Positions 55,045 through 64,000 of a DNA stretch of 64,000 nucleotides are shown here, piece by piece. This DNA is from a bacterium. GTDB lineage: Bacteria; CAIWAD01. Below the pieces are notes generated by a model that was not told the DNA's origin, did not search any database, and worked only from the letters and a program-made list of their open reading frames with translations. Made by a program: the position numbers and the translations under genes. Position 1 is the first letter of the stretch. Every line of letters starts with the position of its first letter. The stretch spans positions 35,989 through 99,988 of the forward strand of contig JAUIFJ010000014.1 in NCBI GenBank assembly GCA_030429345.1, given 5' to 3'.

Positions 55045-56961
55045 ATGGCTCTCCCCCCATTTGTTCTCCTTTTCGCCCTCTTTTTCGGAATCCCGACCCA
55101 GGGCCAGGACCTCGGCCAGCTTTGCGGTTGGGGGTCGCATTTCGTGTATCACGCCAAACCAGGCGACGAACTCCGCGAGATCTTCGTTGGGCGAAGGATG
55201 TGCATCGGTCTTTTGTCGGACAGTACTCTTGTGAGCTGGGGCTGGAACCAGTATGAACTGTGCGATCTGCCGGAGGAGAACGAGGCATTCATAATGGCCG
55301 ATGTAGGATCGCTTCATGCCCTGGGTCTCCGTGCGGATGGCAGCCTTGTGGCATGGGGGAACAACGGGGTTCTGCCGCCTGGGCAAAACAGCGGCTTTCG
55401 CCAGGTCGCCTGTGGGACAAACCATTCTGTTGCACTCAGGAATGATGGAAGCATTATTGCCTGGGGCCAGAACAGTTACGGGGAGTGTGATGTACCCACT
55501 CCGAATGCCGGGTTCCAGATCGTTCAAGCGGGGTCTGGGTTCAGCGTGGGATTGAAAGAGGACAGCACTCTCGTCGCCTGGGGCAGTAATTCCCTGGGAT
55601 TGTACGACCTGCCCGAGCCGAACCAGGGGTTCCTGACGTTCGTCACCTCGAACTCGCATGGTCTTGCCCAGCGTGCGGACGGCAGCCTGGAAGGCTGGGG
55701 CTACAACAGTTCTGGTCAGTGCGATGTACCTGGGAACTTGACCGATGTGATCACGTTTCGTGCAGGAGAAGGACACAGCCTCGCATTGCGCGAAAATGGC
55801 AGCCTAGTCGCTTGGGGGCGAAACGATTTTGGCCAGTGTGACATTCCTGCACCGAACTCGGGATTCATCCACATTGCCGCTGGAGAAGACTGGTCCATGG
55901 GGGTGCGGCAGGATCAGTCCATTGTCACCTGGGGAGATCCGGCGAAGTATCAACGGATGGTCCATGGATCACCGGTTTCCTTCAAGGCTGTACATACGAG
56001 CCGCGGGCACACGCTTGCCGTGCAATCCAATGGAAGAATCCATGCCTGGGGAAACAACAGTAACGGGCAATGCACGATTCCTGCTGGCCTGCAACCCGCC
56101 ATCAAAGTTGCTGCAGGCACATACCACAGCCTGGCTCTGCAGGAGAATACGACAATTGCCGCCTGGGGCAGAAATTCGAACGGGCAATGTGATGTTCCCT
56201 CACCCAATGCGGGGTTCGTACAGGTTGATGCAGGAAACTACTTCAGCATGGGGCTTCGCCTCGATCAAACAATCGCCTGCTGGGGAAGGAATTTCTATGG
56301 CCAGTTGAATGTACCTGAACCGAACGCAGGGTTCCAGGCGATTGCCTGCGGCTCGGGATTCAGTCTTGGCCTGCGACAGGATGGCAGCATTGCAGCGTGG
56401 GGACAGAACCAGTACGGACAATGCGCAGTCCCCGAGCCGAACAGCGGTTTTGTTGCGATCAGTGCCAAAGGCAACCATGCCTTGGGCTTGAAGCAGGATG
56501 GTACTGTCGTTGCATGGGGGTATGATGGGGCCGGACTGAATTCGGTGCCGTCCCATGAATCGGGTTTCGTGGGGATCGCTACAAGCCAGCTAGCCAACTG
56601 TGCCTGGACCGAAGAGGGAGAGCTTCACATCTGGGGGAGCAATGTGTATGATCAACATGCCGTCCCTGCACCCAATGCAGGTTTTCTGTCGGTAGCCGGT
56701 GGATTGAATCGTTTTATCGGTATTCGAAGTCTTCCAGTGAATGATCTGGAACTGCGGATCACCTACAACCCAGGCACACAGCTGTTTTACTTGGATTGGG
56801 ACCCGCGGGAAAGTGCTGACCGGTACCGAATCCTGCTCAGTAGCCAGGCGTGGGGTCCTTGGTATCTCGGTGCTATTGTTCTGGAACCCGGCTTTTCCAC
56901 GGCTTCGTCTTCTGGCAAGGGATTCTTCAAAGTGTTTCCTGAAAGCATCTCTTCGCGCTGA
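55045..56961 (+). CDS. Secreted RCC1/ATS1-like repeat (beta-propeller) protein
   Basis: Internal ATG with a signal peptide (MALPPFVLLFALFFGIPTQG). There are more than 10 tandem ~50-aa repeats of the form GxxH(S/A)(V/L)(A/G)L(R/K)xDG(S/T)(I/L)(V/A)AWGxNxxGQCD(V/I)P. The GC content of this gene is visibly lower than in flanking genes. Confidence 0.7.
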   Translation: MALPPFVLLFALFFGIPTQGQDLGQLCGWGSHFVYHAKPGDELREIFVGRRMCIGLLSDSTLVSWGWNQYELCDLPEENEAFIMADVGSLHALGLRADGSLVAWGNNGVLPPGQNSGFRQVACGTNHSVALRNDGSIIAWGQNSYGECDVPTPNAGFQIVQAGSGFSVGLKEDSTLVAWGSNSLGLYDLPEPNQGFLTFVTSNSHGLAQRADGSLEGWGYNSSGQCDVPGNLTDVITFRAGEGHSLALRENGSLVAWGRNDFGQCDIPAPNSGFIHIAAGEDWSMGVRQDQSIVTWGDPAKYQRMVHGSPVSFKAVHTSRGHTLAVQSNGRIHAWGNNSNGQCTIPAGLQPAIKVAAGTYHSLALQENTTIAAWGRNSNGQCDVPSPNAGFVQVDAGNYFSMGLRLDQTIACWGRNFYGQLNVPEPNAGFQAIACGSGFSLGLRQDGSIAAWGQNQYGQCAVPEPNSGFVAISAKGNHALGLKQDGTVVAWGYDGAGLNSVPSHESGFVGIATSQLANCAWTEEGELHIWGSNVYDQHAVPAPNAGFLSVAGGLNRFIGIRSLPVNDLELRITYNPGTQLFYLDWDPRESADRYRILLSSQAWGPWYLGAIVLEPGFSTASSSGKGFFKVFPESISSR

Positions 56962-57116
56962 AATCTGACGTTCTCGCTTTTAGCGTCAGCACTACTGCTC
57001 CAGAACTTCACTCAGAATTCACACCCCCTGCAGATCCCCCTTCCGCCGGTCGATACTCTGCGAGGACAATCGACCGGCATCCGCCCTGGATGCTGCTTTC
57101 AGCAAGGAGCGAGCCC

Positions 57117-57512
57117 ATGAACAAGACGATTGCAGGCCTCTGTCTCGGCATTGCGGCCGGAAGCTTTTTCTTTCTGGATGGCAGCCCTGCCGGCGCCTCG
57201 GACCTGGATGTGGCCGGCGCCCGCAAGATCATGCAGGACAAGCTCTGCCTGACCTGCCATACGACGGACGGCGCGGAGACCCTGAATGGCGCGCCCCCGC
57301 TGGGTCCGACCCTGAAGGGCATTCTGGGCAGCAAGACCACCGTGGTCGTCGAAGGCGCGGAAACGACGGTGACGATCGACGAGGCCTACCTGCGCAAGGC
57401 CATCCTGAAGCCGATGGCCGAGATCAAGAAGGGCTACAACCCGATCATGGCCCCCCTGCCGATGACCGACGAGCAGCTTGACCTGGTCATCGCCTACATC
57501 AAAACCCTGTAG
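57117..57512 (+). CDS. Monoheme c-type cytochrome (class I), copy 2, paralogue of 53566..53997
   Basis: AAGGAG Shine-Dalgarno before the ATG at 57117 and a signal peptide (MNKTIAGLCLGIAAGSFFF). RKIMQDKLCLTCHTTDGA...KGYNPIMAPLPMTDEQLDLVIAYIKTL. Confidence 0.75.
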   Translation: MNKTIAGLCLGIAAGSFFFLDGSPAGASDLDVAGARKIMQDKLCLTCHTTDGAETLNGAPPLGPTLKGILGSKTTVVVEGAETTVTIDEAYLRKAILKPMAEIKKGYNPIMAPLPMTDEQLDLVIAYIKTL

Positions 57513-57551
57513 AAGCCACGCCGCCCCGCGCGGCGGAGAAGAAGCATAGAC

Positions 57552-57590
57552 ATGAAACGGCCGCCTTCCGGAGGGGAGGGCGGCCGTTTC
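57552..57590. terminator. Bidirectional terminator hairpin between the convergent cytochrome c (+) and ATPase (-) genes
   Basis: GAAACGGCCGCC-ttccggaggggag-GGCGGCCGTTTC. Confidence 0.5.
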
Positions 57591-57647
57591 GCGTGTGACC
57601 GATTCCCGCCGGGCAGCGGTCCCGTATGGGTCGATCGCGATCGGCCC

Positions 57648-58838
57648 TTACGTGGGAGGAGGATGAAAGGGCATCATCCGTTTCATGAACTCGTGGAACA
57701 GCGGCACGGAGAAGGCCGTCATGCCGTGCCCCGGGCTGTAGATCATGCCTTTGCGGAGCAGGGAGTTGCGGCTGCTGGAAAGGGAGCCGCTGCCGTGTGA
57801 CAAAAGCGCCGCCACCTCCCCGCTGCGGTGGGGTCCCGCGCCAAGCTCGGCCATGCCGCGCAGGTAGGCTTTCTCGCGTGGGGTAAGCTGCTCGAAACGC
57901 ACACGGAAGAAGCCGGCGTCGAGGGCGGCGCGGGCGATCTCGTCCGCGGCTTCGACATCCGCCAGGCGGATCGGAGAGCGCGGCGCCGTGTCCCAGCTGT
58001 GCTTGCCCCATTCCTGCAGGAAGTAGGGATAGCCCTGCGTGATCTCGACGATGCGCGCCAGAGCATTGCGATTGATCTTTGCGCCTTCGGCAAGGATCGG
58101 CTTCTCGATGGCCTCGGCGGCGGCCTTTTCATCCAGGGGGCCCAGCTCGATGAAGTCGAAGAGACGCTCGGCATAGGACTTGGCCTGGCCGCTCAGGGTG
58201 CGCAGGTGGGGCAGGCCGGCTCCGGAGAGCAGGACGGGCATGCGCCTTTGTGCGCAGTGATGCAACGCGCTGATCAAGGCCGCGAGCTCCTTTTCCTGCA
58301 CGTACTGCAGTTCGTCCAGCAGGAGCAGCACGGCCGTATTCGCTTTCCGGGCCGCCTGGCCGACGGCCTCCAGGAGAGAACGAAGATCCGGTTCCAGGTC
58401 CCCGATATCGGCCAGGCCGGGTTCCGCTTCCAGATCCATTCCCAGTTCGATGTCCGCATAGCTCAGCTTCAGTCCGTTGACGAAGCCGGCCAGCCCGCGC
58501 AGGGCCCGGGTGGCCAGTTCCTTCGCCTGGGCATGGCGGGAGAGCTTCAACAGCAGCACACGCAGGGCGGGTGCAAGCAGGCCGGGAAGACTCTGCTGCT
58601 CCTGTGCTTCCAGTCGCAGAGGATGCAGGCCGCGTTCCTCCGCGGTCTCGCGCATGCGTTCCAGCAGAACCGTCTTGCCGACGCCGCGGACACCGATCAG
58701 TAGCAGGCTCTTGCCTGTTCGCCCGAGCCGGGCGCGTTCGGCGGCGACACGGAACTGTTCCAGGAGCGCGTCGCGTCCGGTCAACTCCGGGGGCGGAGAG
58801 CCGGCGCCGGGCAGAAAAGGGTTGTGTACGGGATCCAT
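57648..58838 (-). CDS. AAA+ ATPase of the Arch_ATPase/ATPase_2 (DUF234-like) family with a C-terminal winged-helix-like region
   Basis: Internal ATG at 58838 of the read-through ORF 57648..60044 (MDPVHNPFLPGAGSPPPELTGRDALLEQF...). Walker A is LLIGVRGVGKTVLLE and Walker B is VLLLLDELQY. The family motif ITQGYPYFLQEWG is also present. Confidence 0.7.
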   Translation of the reverse strand: MDPVHNPFLPGAGSPPPELTGRDALLEQFRVAAERARLGRTGKSLLLIGVRGVGKTVLLERMRETAEERGLHPLRLEAQEQQSLPGLLAPALRVLLLKLSRHAQAKELATRALRGLAGFVNGLKLSYADIELGMDLEAEPGLADIGDLEPDLRSLLEAVGQAARKANTAVLLLLDELQYVQEKELAALISALHHCAQRRMPVLLSGAGLPHLRTLSGQAKSYAERLFDFIELGPLDEKAAAEAIEKPILAEGAKINRNALARIVEITQGYPYFLQEWGKHSWDTAPRSPIRLADVEAADEIARAALDAGFFRVRFEQLTPREKAYLRGMAELGAGPHRSGEVAALLSHGSGSLSSSRNSLLRKGMIYSPGHGMTAFSVPLFHEFMKRMMPFHPPPT

Positions 58839-58849
58839 GCGATGAAGGT

Positions 58850-58902
58850 ATCGAAGAATATCGGGAATATCAAGAATGATGATATTCCCGATATTCTTCG
58901 AT
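58850..58902. promoter_or_regulatory. 22-bp perfect inverted repeat (four GAATATC half-sites) immediately upstream of the ATPase start; candidate operator or 5'UTR hairpin
   Basis: ATCGAAGAATATCGGGAATATC-aagaatgat-GATATTCCCGATATTCTTCGAT. This is an AT-rich island in GC-rich DNA, 12-64 nt upstream of the ATG at 58838. Each arm holds two GAATATC units spaced about 10 bp apart. Confidence 0.5.
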
Positions 58903-59032
58903 AGGTCGTTTACCGGGCATCCGCCCGCAGGGGTCGATCGCGATCGACCCTCGCGTGGAACACGCCACCGGGAAAAAGAAGACGGGGCCGTCGCCGGCCC
59001 CGTCTTGTGTGTGATCCATCGGATGAATCCGT

Positions 59033-60517
59033 CTACGAACGCTCGTAGATGCGGTTCCAGGCGCGCAGCTGCTCTTCCTGCTTCTTGTTGCGGTAGCGGC
59101 GGTTCATGCGCCAGCGCCAGTTGCCCTGGGTCGTGCCGGGCACGTTCATGCGCGCCTCGCCGCCCAGGCCGAGCAGGTCCTGCATGGGAATCACCACCCA
59201 GTTGGCCGTGCTGGCCCACAGGGCGCGCAGCGAGGCGGGGAGGATCTCCTCGCGGCGCTGTACGCCAAGCCACTCCTCCAGCGCGGCGGCCGCTTCCGCC
59301 GGGGCCTCGTCGAGGAAGCCTTCCAGGGTGTCGTTGTCGTGGCTGCCCGTATACGCGACGCAGTCCTTCTCGTAGTTGTGCGGCAGGAAGCTTTCGTTGC
59401 CTTCCAGGGCGCTGAACTGGAAGATCTTCAGGCCGGGATAGCCGAAGCGCTCCTTGAGCGCGGTGACCTCCGGAGTGATCACGCCCAGGTCCTCCGCCAC
59501 CAGGTCCAGGCCGGGCAGCGCGTTGTGCAGGACGCGGAAGAGCGCCTCGCCGGGGGCCTTGACCCACTGGCCGTTCTCGGCGGTTTCCGCGTCGCCGGGT
59601 ACTTCCCAGGCGGCCTCGAAGCCGCGGAAGTGGTCGATGCGAATGGTGTGCACCAGCTGCTGCAGCGCATGCACCCGGCTGCGCCACCACCAGAACCCGT
59701 CCTGCTGCATCACGTTCCAGTCGTAGTGCGGGTTGCCCCAGAGCTGTCCGGTGGGGCTGAAGTAGTCGGGCGGCACTCCGGTCTTGACGGCCAGCTGGCC
59801 ATCCTCCTTGAGGCGGAAGTAGTGCGGCCAGGCCCAGACATCGGCGCTGTCCCAACTGACGAAAATCGGCAGGTCGCCGACAATGCGGATGTCGCGCTCC
59901 TCGGCGGCGGCGCGAACAGCCAGCCACTGGCGACGGAAAAGCCACTGGCAGAACTTGTGGTACAGGATTTCCGGCTGGTGTCCCTCGTTGATTTCCTGCA
60001 TGGCTTCCGGGCGACGCTTGCGCAGCTGCTCGGGCCATTCCCACCAGGGGCGCTGCTGCTGGTCCTGCTTGATGCTCATGAAGAGCGCGTAGTCATGCAG
60101 CCACCAGCCTTCCATGGTGAAGAAGCCGCTGAACTCTTCCCAGAGTTCGCTGTCCTTCTGCTGGCAGAAGCGCTCGAAAGCCAGCCGCAGCAGGCGCTCC
60201 TTGAGCTCGATCACGCGTCCGTACTGGACTGGTCCGCGCCGCGCCCAGGTGGGGGAGGGGTTCTCTTTTTTCTCGAGCAGGCCCCATTCGACCAGCTCGC
60301 CCGTATGAATCAGCAGTGGATTGCCCGCGAAGGCGGAAAAAGCCTGGTAGGGACTGTCGCCATAGCCGGTCGGCCCCAGCGGAAGAATCTGCCAGATGCC
60401 GCAGCCGCAGTCTTTCAGGTAGTCCAGGAAGGCAATGCAGTCCGGTCCCAGATCGCCGATGCCTTGCGTGGAAGGCAGAGAAGTGGGGTGAAGCAGAATG
60501 CCCGATTTCCGGTCCAT
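59033..60517 (-). CDS. malQ: 4-alpha-glucanotransferase (amylomaltase, GH77)
   Basis: ATG at 60517 (MDRKSGILLHPTSLPSTQGIGDLGPD...). GH77 blocks are GDSPYQ, the catalytic-region context RIDHFRGF and VAEDLGVITPEV, VAYTGSHDNDT. 494 aa. Confidence 0.9.
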   Translation of the reverse strand: MDRKSGILLHPTSLPSTQGIGDLGPDCIAFLDYLKDCGCGIWQILPLGPTGYGDSPYQAFSAFAGNPLLIHTGELVEWGLLEKKENPSPTWARRGPVQYGRVIELKERLLRLAFERFCQQKDSELWEEFSGFFTMEGWWLHDYALFMSIKQDQQQRPWWEWPEQLRKRRPEAMQEINEGHQPEILYHKFCQWLFRRQWLAVRAAAEERDIRIVGDLPIFVSWDSADVWAWPHYFRLKEDGQLAVKTGVPPDYFSPTGQLWGNPHYDWNVMQQDGFWWWRSRVHALQQLVHTIRIDHFRGFEAAWEVPGDAETAENGQWVKAPGEALFRVLHNALPGLDLVAEDLGVITPEVTALKERFGYPGLKIFQFSALEGNESFLPHNYEKDCVAYTGSHDNDTLEGFLDEAPAEAAAALEEWLGVQRREEILPASLRALWASTANWVVIPMQDLLGLGGEARMNVPGTTQGNWRWRMNRRYRNKKQEEQLRAWNRIYERS

Positions 60518-60589
60518 TGAAGGTCCTTTCAATCATCTATAGCTATGTGGTGTGAACCGATTGATTCGAGCGGATGAGTATAGGGCTTT

Positions 60590-60996
60590 CACGGGGATTT
60601 GTGTATGGATGGAAATCCCGGGAGGCGCTTTGCCACTGGCGTCAGGGGGACGGGAAAAGCAGGAGGGCAATTATTGTCCTGTGGGCAAAATTTGTCTTCA
60701 TCGAATGCGCCTTAGCGGACTTTTTGGGGCGGAAATCCGATTGTTTCAAATGGCAAAGCACTAAATATCAAATACAAAAGAACTGACACTAAACTGGCCT
60801 GTCCTTTGCCTTAGGAGCAGACGGAACTACTACGGTTCCATGCTTTTTCTCCTTCAATTGGTTGGGCAAGGCGAAAGACGAAGATCGTTCCCTCCTTCTT
60901 GGTCTTCACAGTCAATCGCCGTTCAAAGATCGATCGCCAGATCGGTCGTTTGAAGTTCCGGACATGGCCCTGGCGTTCTCGCCAGGGCTTTTTTTT
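60590..60996 (+). ncRNA. Candidate structured non-coding leader or sRNA (unclassified) ending in intrinsic terminators
   Basis: This is a ~570-bp region with no convincing ORF and lower GC content. Plus-strand terminators are GGAAC-tactacg-GTTCC+TTTTT at 60823-60851 (weak) and GCCCTGGCG-ttctc-GCCAGGGC+TTTTTTTT at 60967-60996 (strong). The GCCACTGG...CGGGAAAAGC segment at about 60641-60670 is faintly reminiscent of the cobalamin riboswitch core, but this is unverified. Confidence 0.25.
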
Positions 60997-61125
60997 GCCC
61001 CTCTCTTTTCCGGCGGGGGAAAGTGCTGCCGCTCCTGCAGCGTGTGCCTTGGTGGAAATTATTGTTAATCAGTGGCTTGGTCACGACCATCCAGATGGCA
61101 CAACCTTTGCCAGATCGCCCTGCGA

Positions 61126-64000
61126 TGACTCGCAACCTCTACATCTCCTTCCGGAAGCTGCCGGCCTGCCTGTTTCTGCTGCTGGCCTTGGCGCACTCCT
61201 CGCTGGCCCAGAACGGGCTCAGCCGGGTCTGGCTGAGCGTTTCCGATGATGACACGGTGCAGACCTCCATCGGCCAGGTCCTGGACGTGGATGTGCACCT
61301 GAATACCAATGGAGAAATGATCAGCGGGCTGCAGCTGTTCTTCTCCTTTCCGGAAGGCCTCTTCGAACCCGTTCCGATGGCCGTCAGCGAGGGCGACACG
61401 ACCTGGTTCGAGGACCTCGGCCCGAGCGTCTATTCGACCCTGTTCTCCGGCCGTCACCAGGACCGGGACCTGGGGCAGCACATGGAAGGCAACCTGCTGG
61501 ACTGGGGTGTGCAGACCGCTCCGGGACAGGGCGGCGTACGCCCGACCTTTTCCTTCAACGGCGTCATTCTGCGCTTCCGCCTGCGCATCCAGGGGGAGAT
61601 GGACTACCACCTGCTTGGATTCGACCACAACAATTTCTTCTTCCGCAATACCCTCTACTGGCGCAACCAGGACGACACCGAGTACGGCTTCCAGCGGGAG
61701 GATCCGCTCGCGATCAACGTGCTCGGCCTGCAGTTCGGTCCCCTGCCGGATGTATACCTGACCAGCGCCTCGCCCTCGGACAGCCTGGATCTGTACCAGT
61801 ACCTGGGGTCCGCGGACGGCATTCCGCTGGAGGAGATCCAGTTCTGGATCGGCTCCCTGGAAAACGAGGTCTGTGACCTGGACACGACACGAACGGAGGA
61901 GAACTTCTGGCTCGTCGTTTCCGACAACGGCGGTCCCGGTGAGACAATCTCGATTCCGGTGCGCAGTTTCTACGCCTCGACCCTGGAAGAGGCCACGCTG
62001 AACGTGCTCAAGGGCGAACCGCCGAACATCCTGGACGAGCTGTCCATCGAGAATCCGCCCCTGGTGGTCTTCAACGAGGACGAAGGCCTGGACATCGACC
62101 TGGACAACTATGTGACCGATGCCAACACGCCGCTCTCGCAGCTGGTCTGGAGCAGCGAGCCCGTCGAGGGGCAGGTGGCGGTGAGCATTGACGCCGTGTC
62201 GCACATCGCGCACTTCGACTCCGGCCCCGACTGGTTCGGCAACGGCCAGCTGCTGCTGCGGGTCGTCGATCCCATCGGCATGTCCGACGAAGCCCTGGTC
62301 CCGGTGACCGTGCTGCCGGTCAACGATGCTCCGACCCTGGACTTCGGGGAGGAAGCCGTCGACCTGACCATGGAGGCGCCCCTGCGACTCCAGCTGGACG
62401 AAGTGGCGCAGGATGTAGACAACACCTTCGCGAGCCTCGTCTTCCGCAGCGCCTCCGACACCAGCCGCGTGGCCCTGCGCTTCGACCTGCAGGCCGGCGA
62501 AGTGGAGCTGGAGGTGCGCGAGGCCGAGCTCTTCGAGTCCGTGTCCTTCCTGGTCGAAGTGGAGGACCCGGAAGGCGCTGTCTCACAGGACAGCCTGCAT
62601 GTATACGTCAACTCGCATCCTCCGACCTGGATTCCCCTGGGCGAGGTGGTTTTCCTCAACAGCCAGAACGCCAGCCGCAATCTCAACGACTACCTGGACG
62701 ACGAGGACAACGAGGACTCGGACCTGGCGCTCTCGGCGAGCGGAGGGACCTTCGTGCGCGTGGACATCGATCCTCAGAGCCACGTGGCGCTGTTCACCGC
62801 ACCGCCGGCCTTCAAGGGCGTGGAGTCCGTGATCCTAACCGCCACGGATCCCCACGGAAACACGGCGCAGGACACGGTGCAGGTGGTGGTGCTCGACGGC
62901 ATCGAGCCGACGGTCGGAAACCTGGGGCCCTTCCTCATGCTGCCCGGCGAATCCCTGCCGACCCTCTCGCTGGACGCGCATGTCTGGGACGTGGACACGC
63001 CCGACAACCAGATGAGCTGGAGCATCGAGCACAACCTGATCTTCCAGCTGATCCATTTCGTCGAGATGCGGACCTTCACGCTGAACGCGCCGACCACGCC
63101 GGGAGTCTTCGACTGGTTGCGCTTCCAGGCGACGGATCCGCAGCTGCATACGGGCGAGCAGTGGACCCCGGCGGTCGTCGTGGACACGACGGGCGTTCCG
63201 GTCGTGATCCCCTTTCGCGAACTGCGCCTGACCACCTTCGCCTTCGACTCGACCACGATCCTGCTGCAGCATGTCTACGACAGCGACAACCTGCCCTCCG
63301 AGATCTTCTGGACGGTGGACCCGCATCCTGTGATCAGCGCGACGATCCTTCCCGGAGAGCAGCGGCTGGTCATCGGCAGCGGAGCCTCGACGGGGCGTGA
63401 TACGCTTCGGCTGCGGGCCAGCGATCCGGACCTGCACGAGGCGACGGGCTTCCTGCCCCTGGTCGTCACCGAGGGCGTCGCCCCGGTGGTCAGCGAGTTC
63501 CCCGCGCGCTATGTGATCGCGGGGCGCGAGGACACGCTGCGCAGCATCAGCAGCTATGTCTACGACGAGGACATCGGCGACGTGATCAGCTGGAGCTTCC
63601 GTTCGCAGCCGGACGCCGCGGTGAGCATGTCCTACCTGGAGGGGCAGAACGCGGCGCGGATCACGACCAGCGCCGAACACGTCGGCGTCGACTTCGTGAC
63701 CGCCATCGCCAGCGACCTCTCGGCGAACTCCGACTCGGCAATCGTCGAGATCCACTCCCTTGAGAACGTGCCTCCCGGTGTCACGCTCGGCCTGCTGGCA
63801 AACAATGCCAATCCGGCCCTGCTGGACCTGGTGGCCCTGTGCGACGAACTGCTCTCGGGGCCGCCCCTCGGCCTGCTGGGGGAGGAGACCTTGGCCTTCC
63901 ACGATCTGCCGGCTCCCTCGCCGCAGGCCTGGCTCTACCGGGCGGACCTGCCCCTGGCCGACGGCCTGCAGACCGTATACGTCCATACCTTCGACGTGGT
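61126..64000 (+). CDS. Very large secreted adhesin-like protein with cadherin-like/VCBS-type repeats (PVNDAPT motif); 5' part only, continuing past the window end
   Basis: It is absent from the ORF track because there is no stop in the window. ATG at 61126, then a signal peptide (MTRNLYISFRKLPACLFLLLALAHSSLAQ). The frame stays open to 64000 with strong periodicity and includes VTVLPVNDAPTLDFGEEAVDL. The antisense ORFs at 61065..62213 and 62835..63986 were rejected. Confidence 0.65.

Noticed and set aside
57648-60044. 798-aa minus ORF as a single gene
   Set aside because: Its 5' 400 codons run through the malQ gene in another frame. The AAA ATPase homology begins at the internal ATG at 58838.
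60552-60786. 70-aa ORFs in the 60.5-61.1 kb non-coding region
   Set aside because: They are not recognisable as any family and have no convincing codon periodicity. The region is better interpreted as a leader/sRNA with terminators.
61065-63986. Minus-strand ORFs 61065..62213 and 62835..63986 (382 and 383 aa)
   Set aside because: They are antisense to the long plus-strand adhesin-like gene, which has a signal peptide, cadherin-like VNDAPT repeats and continuous periodicity.

Overview
This 64-kb window is high-GC (about 65-68%) bacterial chromosome. The gene content suggests an organism with a type IX secretion system (T9SS), probably in or near the FCB group or Gemmatimonadota-like lineages. 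Several large secreted proteins end in the canonical T9SS C-terminal sorting domain (FPNPFNP...YxxRL). A complete alternative-complex-III (ACIII; act genes) plus caa3-type cytochrome oxidase respiratory supercluster occupies 40.6-57.5 kb. Other recognisable genes are a peptidoglycan lipid-II module (amgK-like kinase, murG, mraY, murU-like), glnA, upp, panD, malQ, an MscS channel, a TonB-dependent receptor under a TetR regulator, an aldehyde dehydrogenase and an FKBP isomerase. Many of the listed six-frame ORFs are antisense or read-through artefacts of the GC-rich sequence and were discarded. The ORF track prints M for GTG and TTG starts, so several real genes start at internal ATG or GTG codons, and three appear to lack any canonical start. 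No rRNA, tRNA or CRISPR array was seen. The most notable points are a MurG fused to a C-terminal HEAT-repeat domain inside the amgK-murG-mraY-murU module; a T9SS-exported pentaheme cytochrome c whose start overlaps the panD stop; a cysteine-rich repetitive secreted protein with its own promoter and terminator just upstream of the ACIII-caa3 cluster; ACIII variants (ActD-ActE fusion, a small ORF between actA and actB); a duplicated cytochrome c gene pair bracketing ctaB and a low-GC RCC1-repeat gene; a MITE-like 210-bp element with compensatory stem changes; a 22-bp perfect palindrome upstream of an orphan AAA+ ATPase; and a roughly 400-nt AT-richer non-coding leader with two intrinsic terminators.
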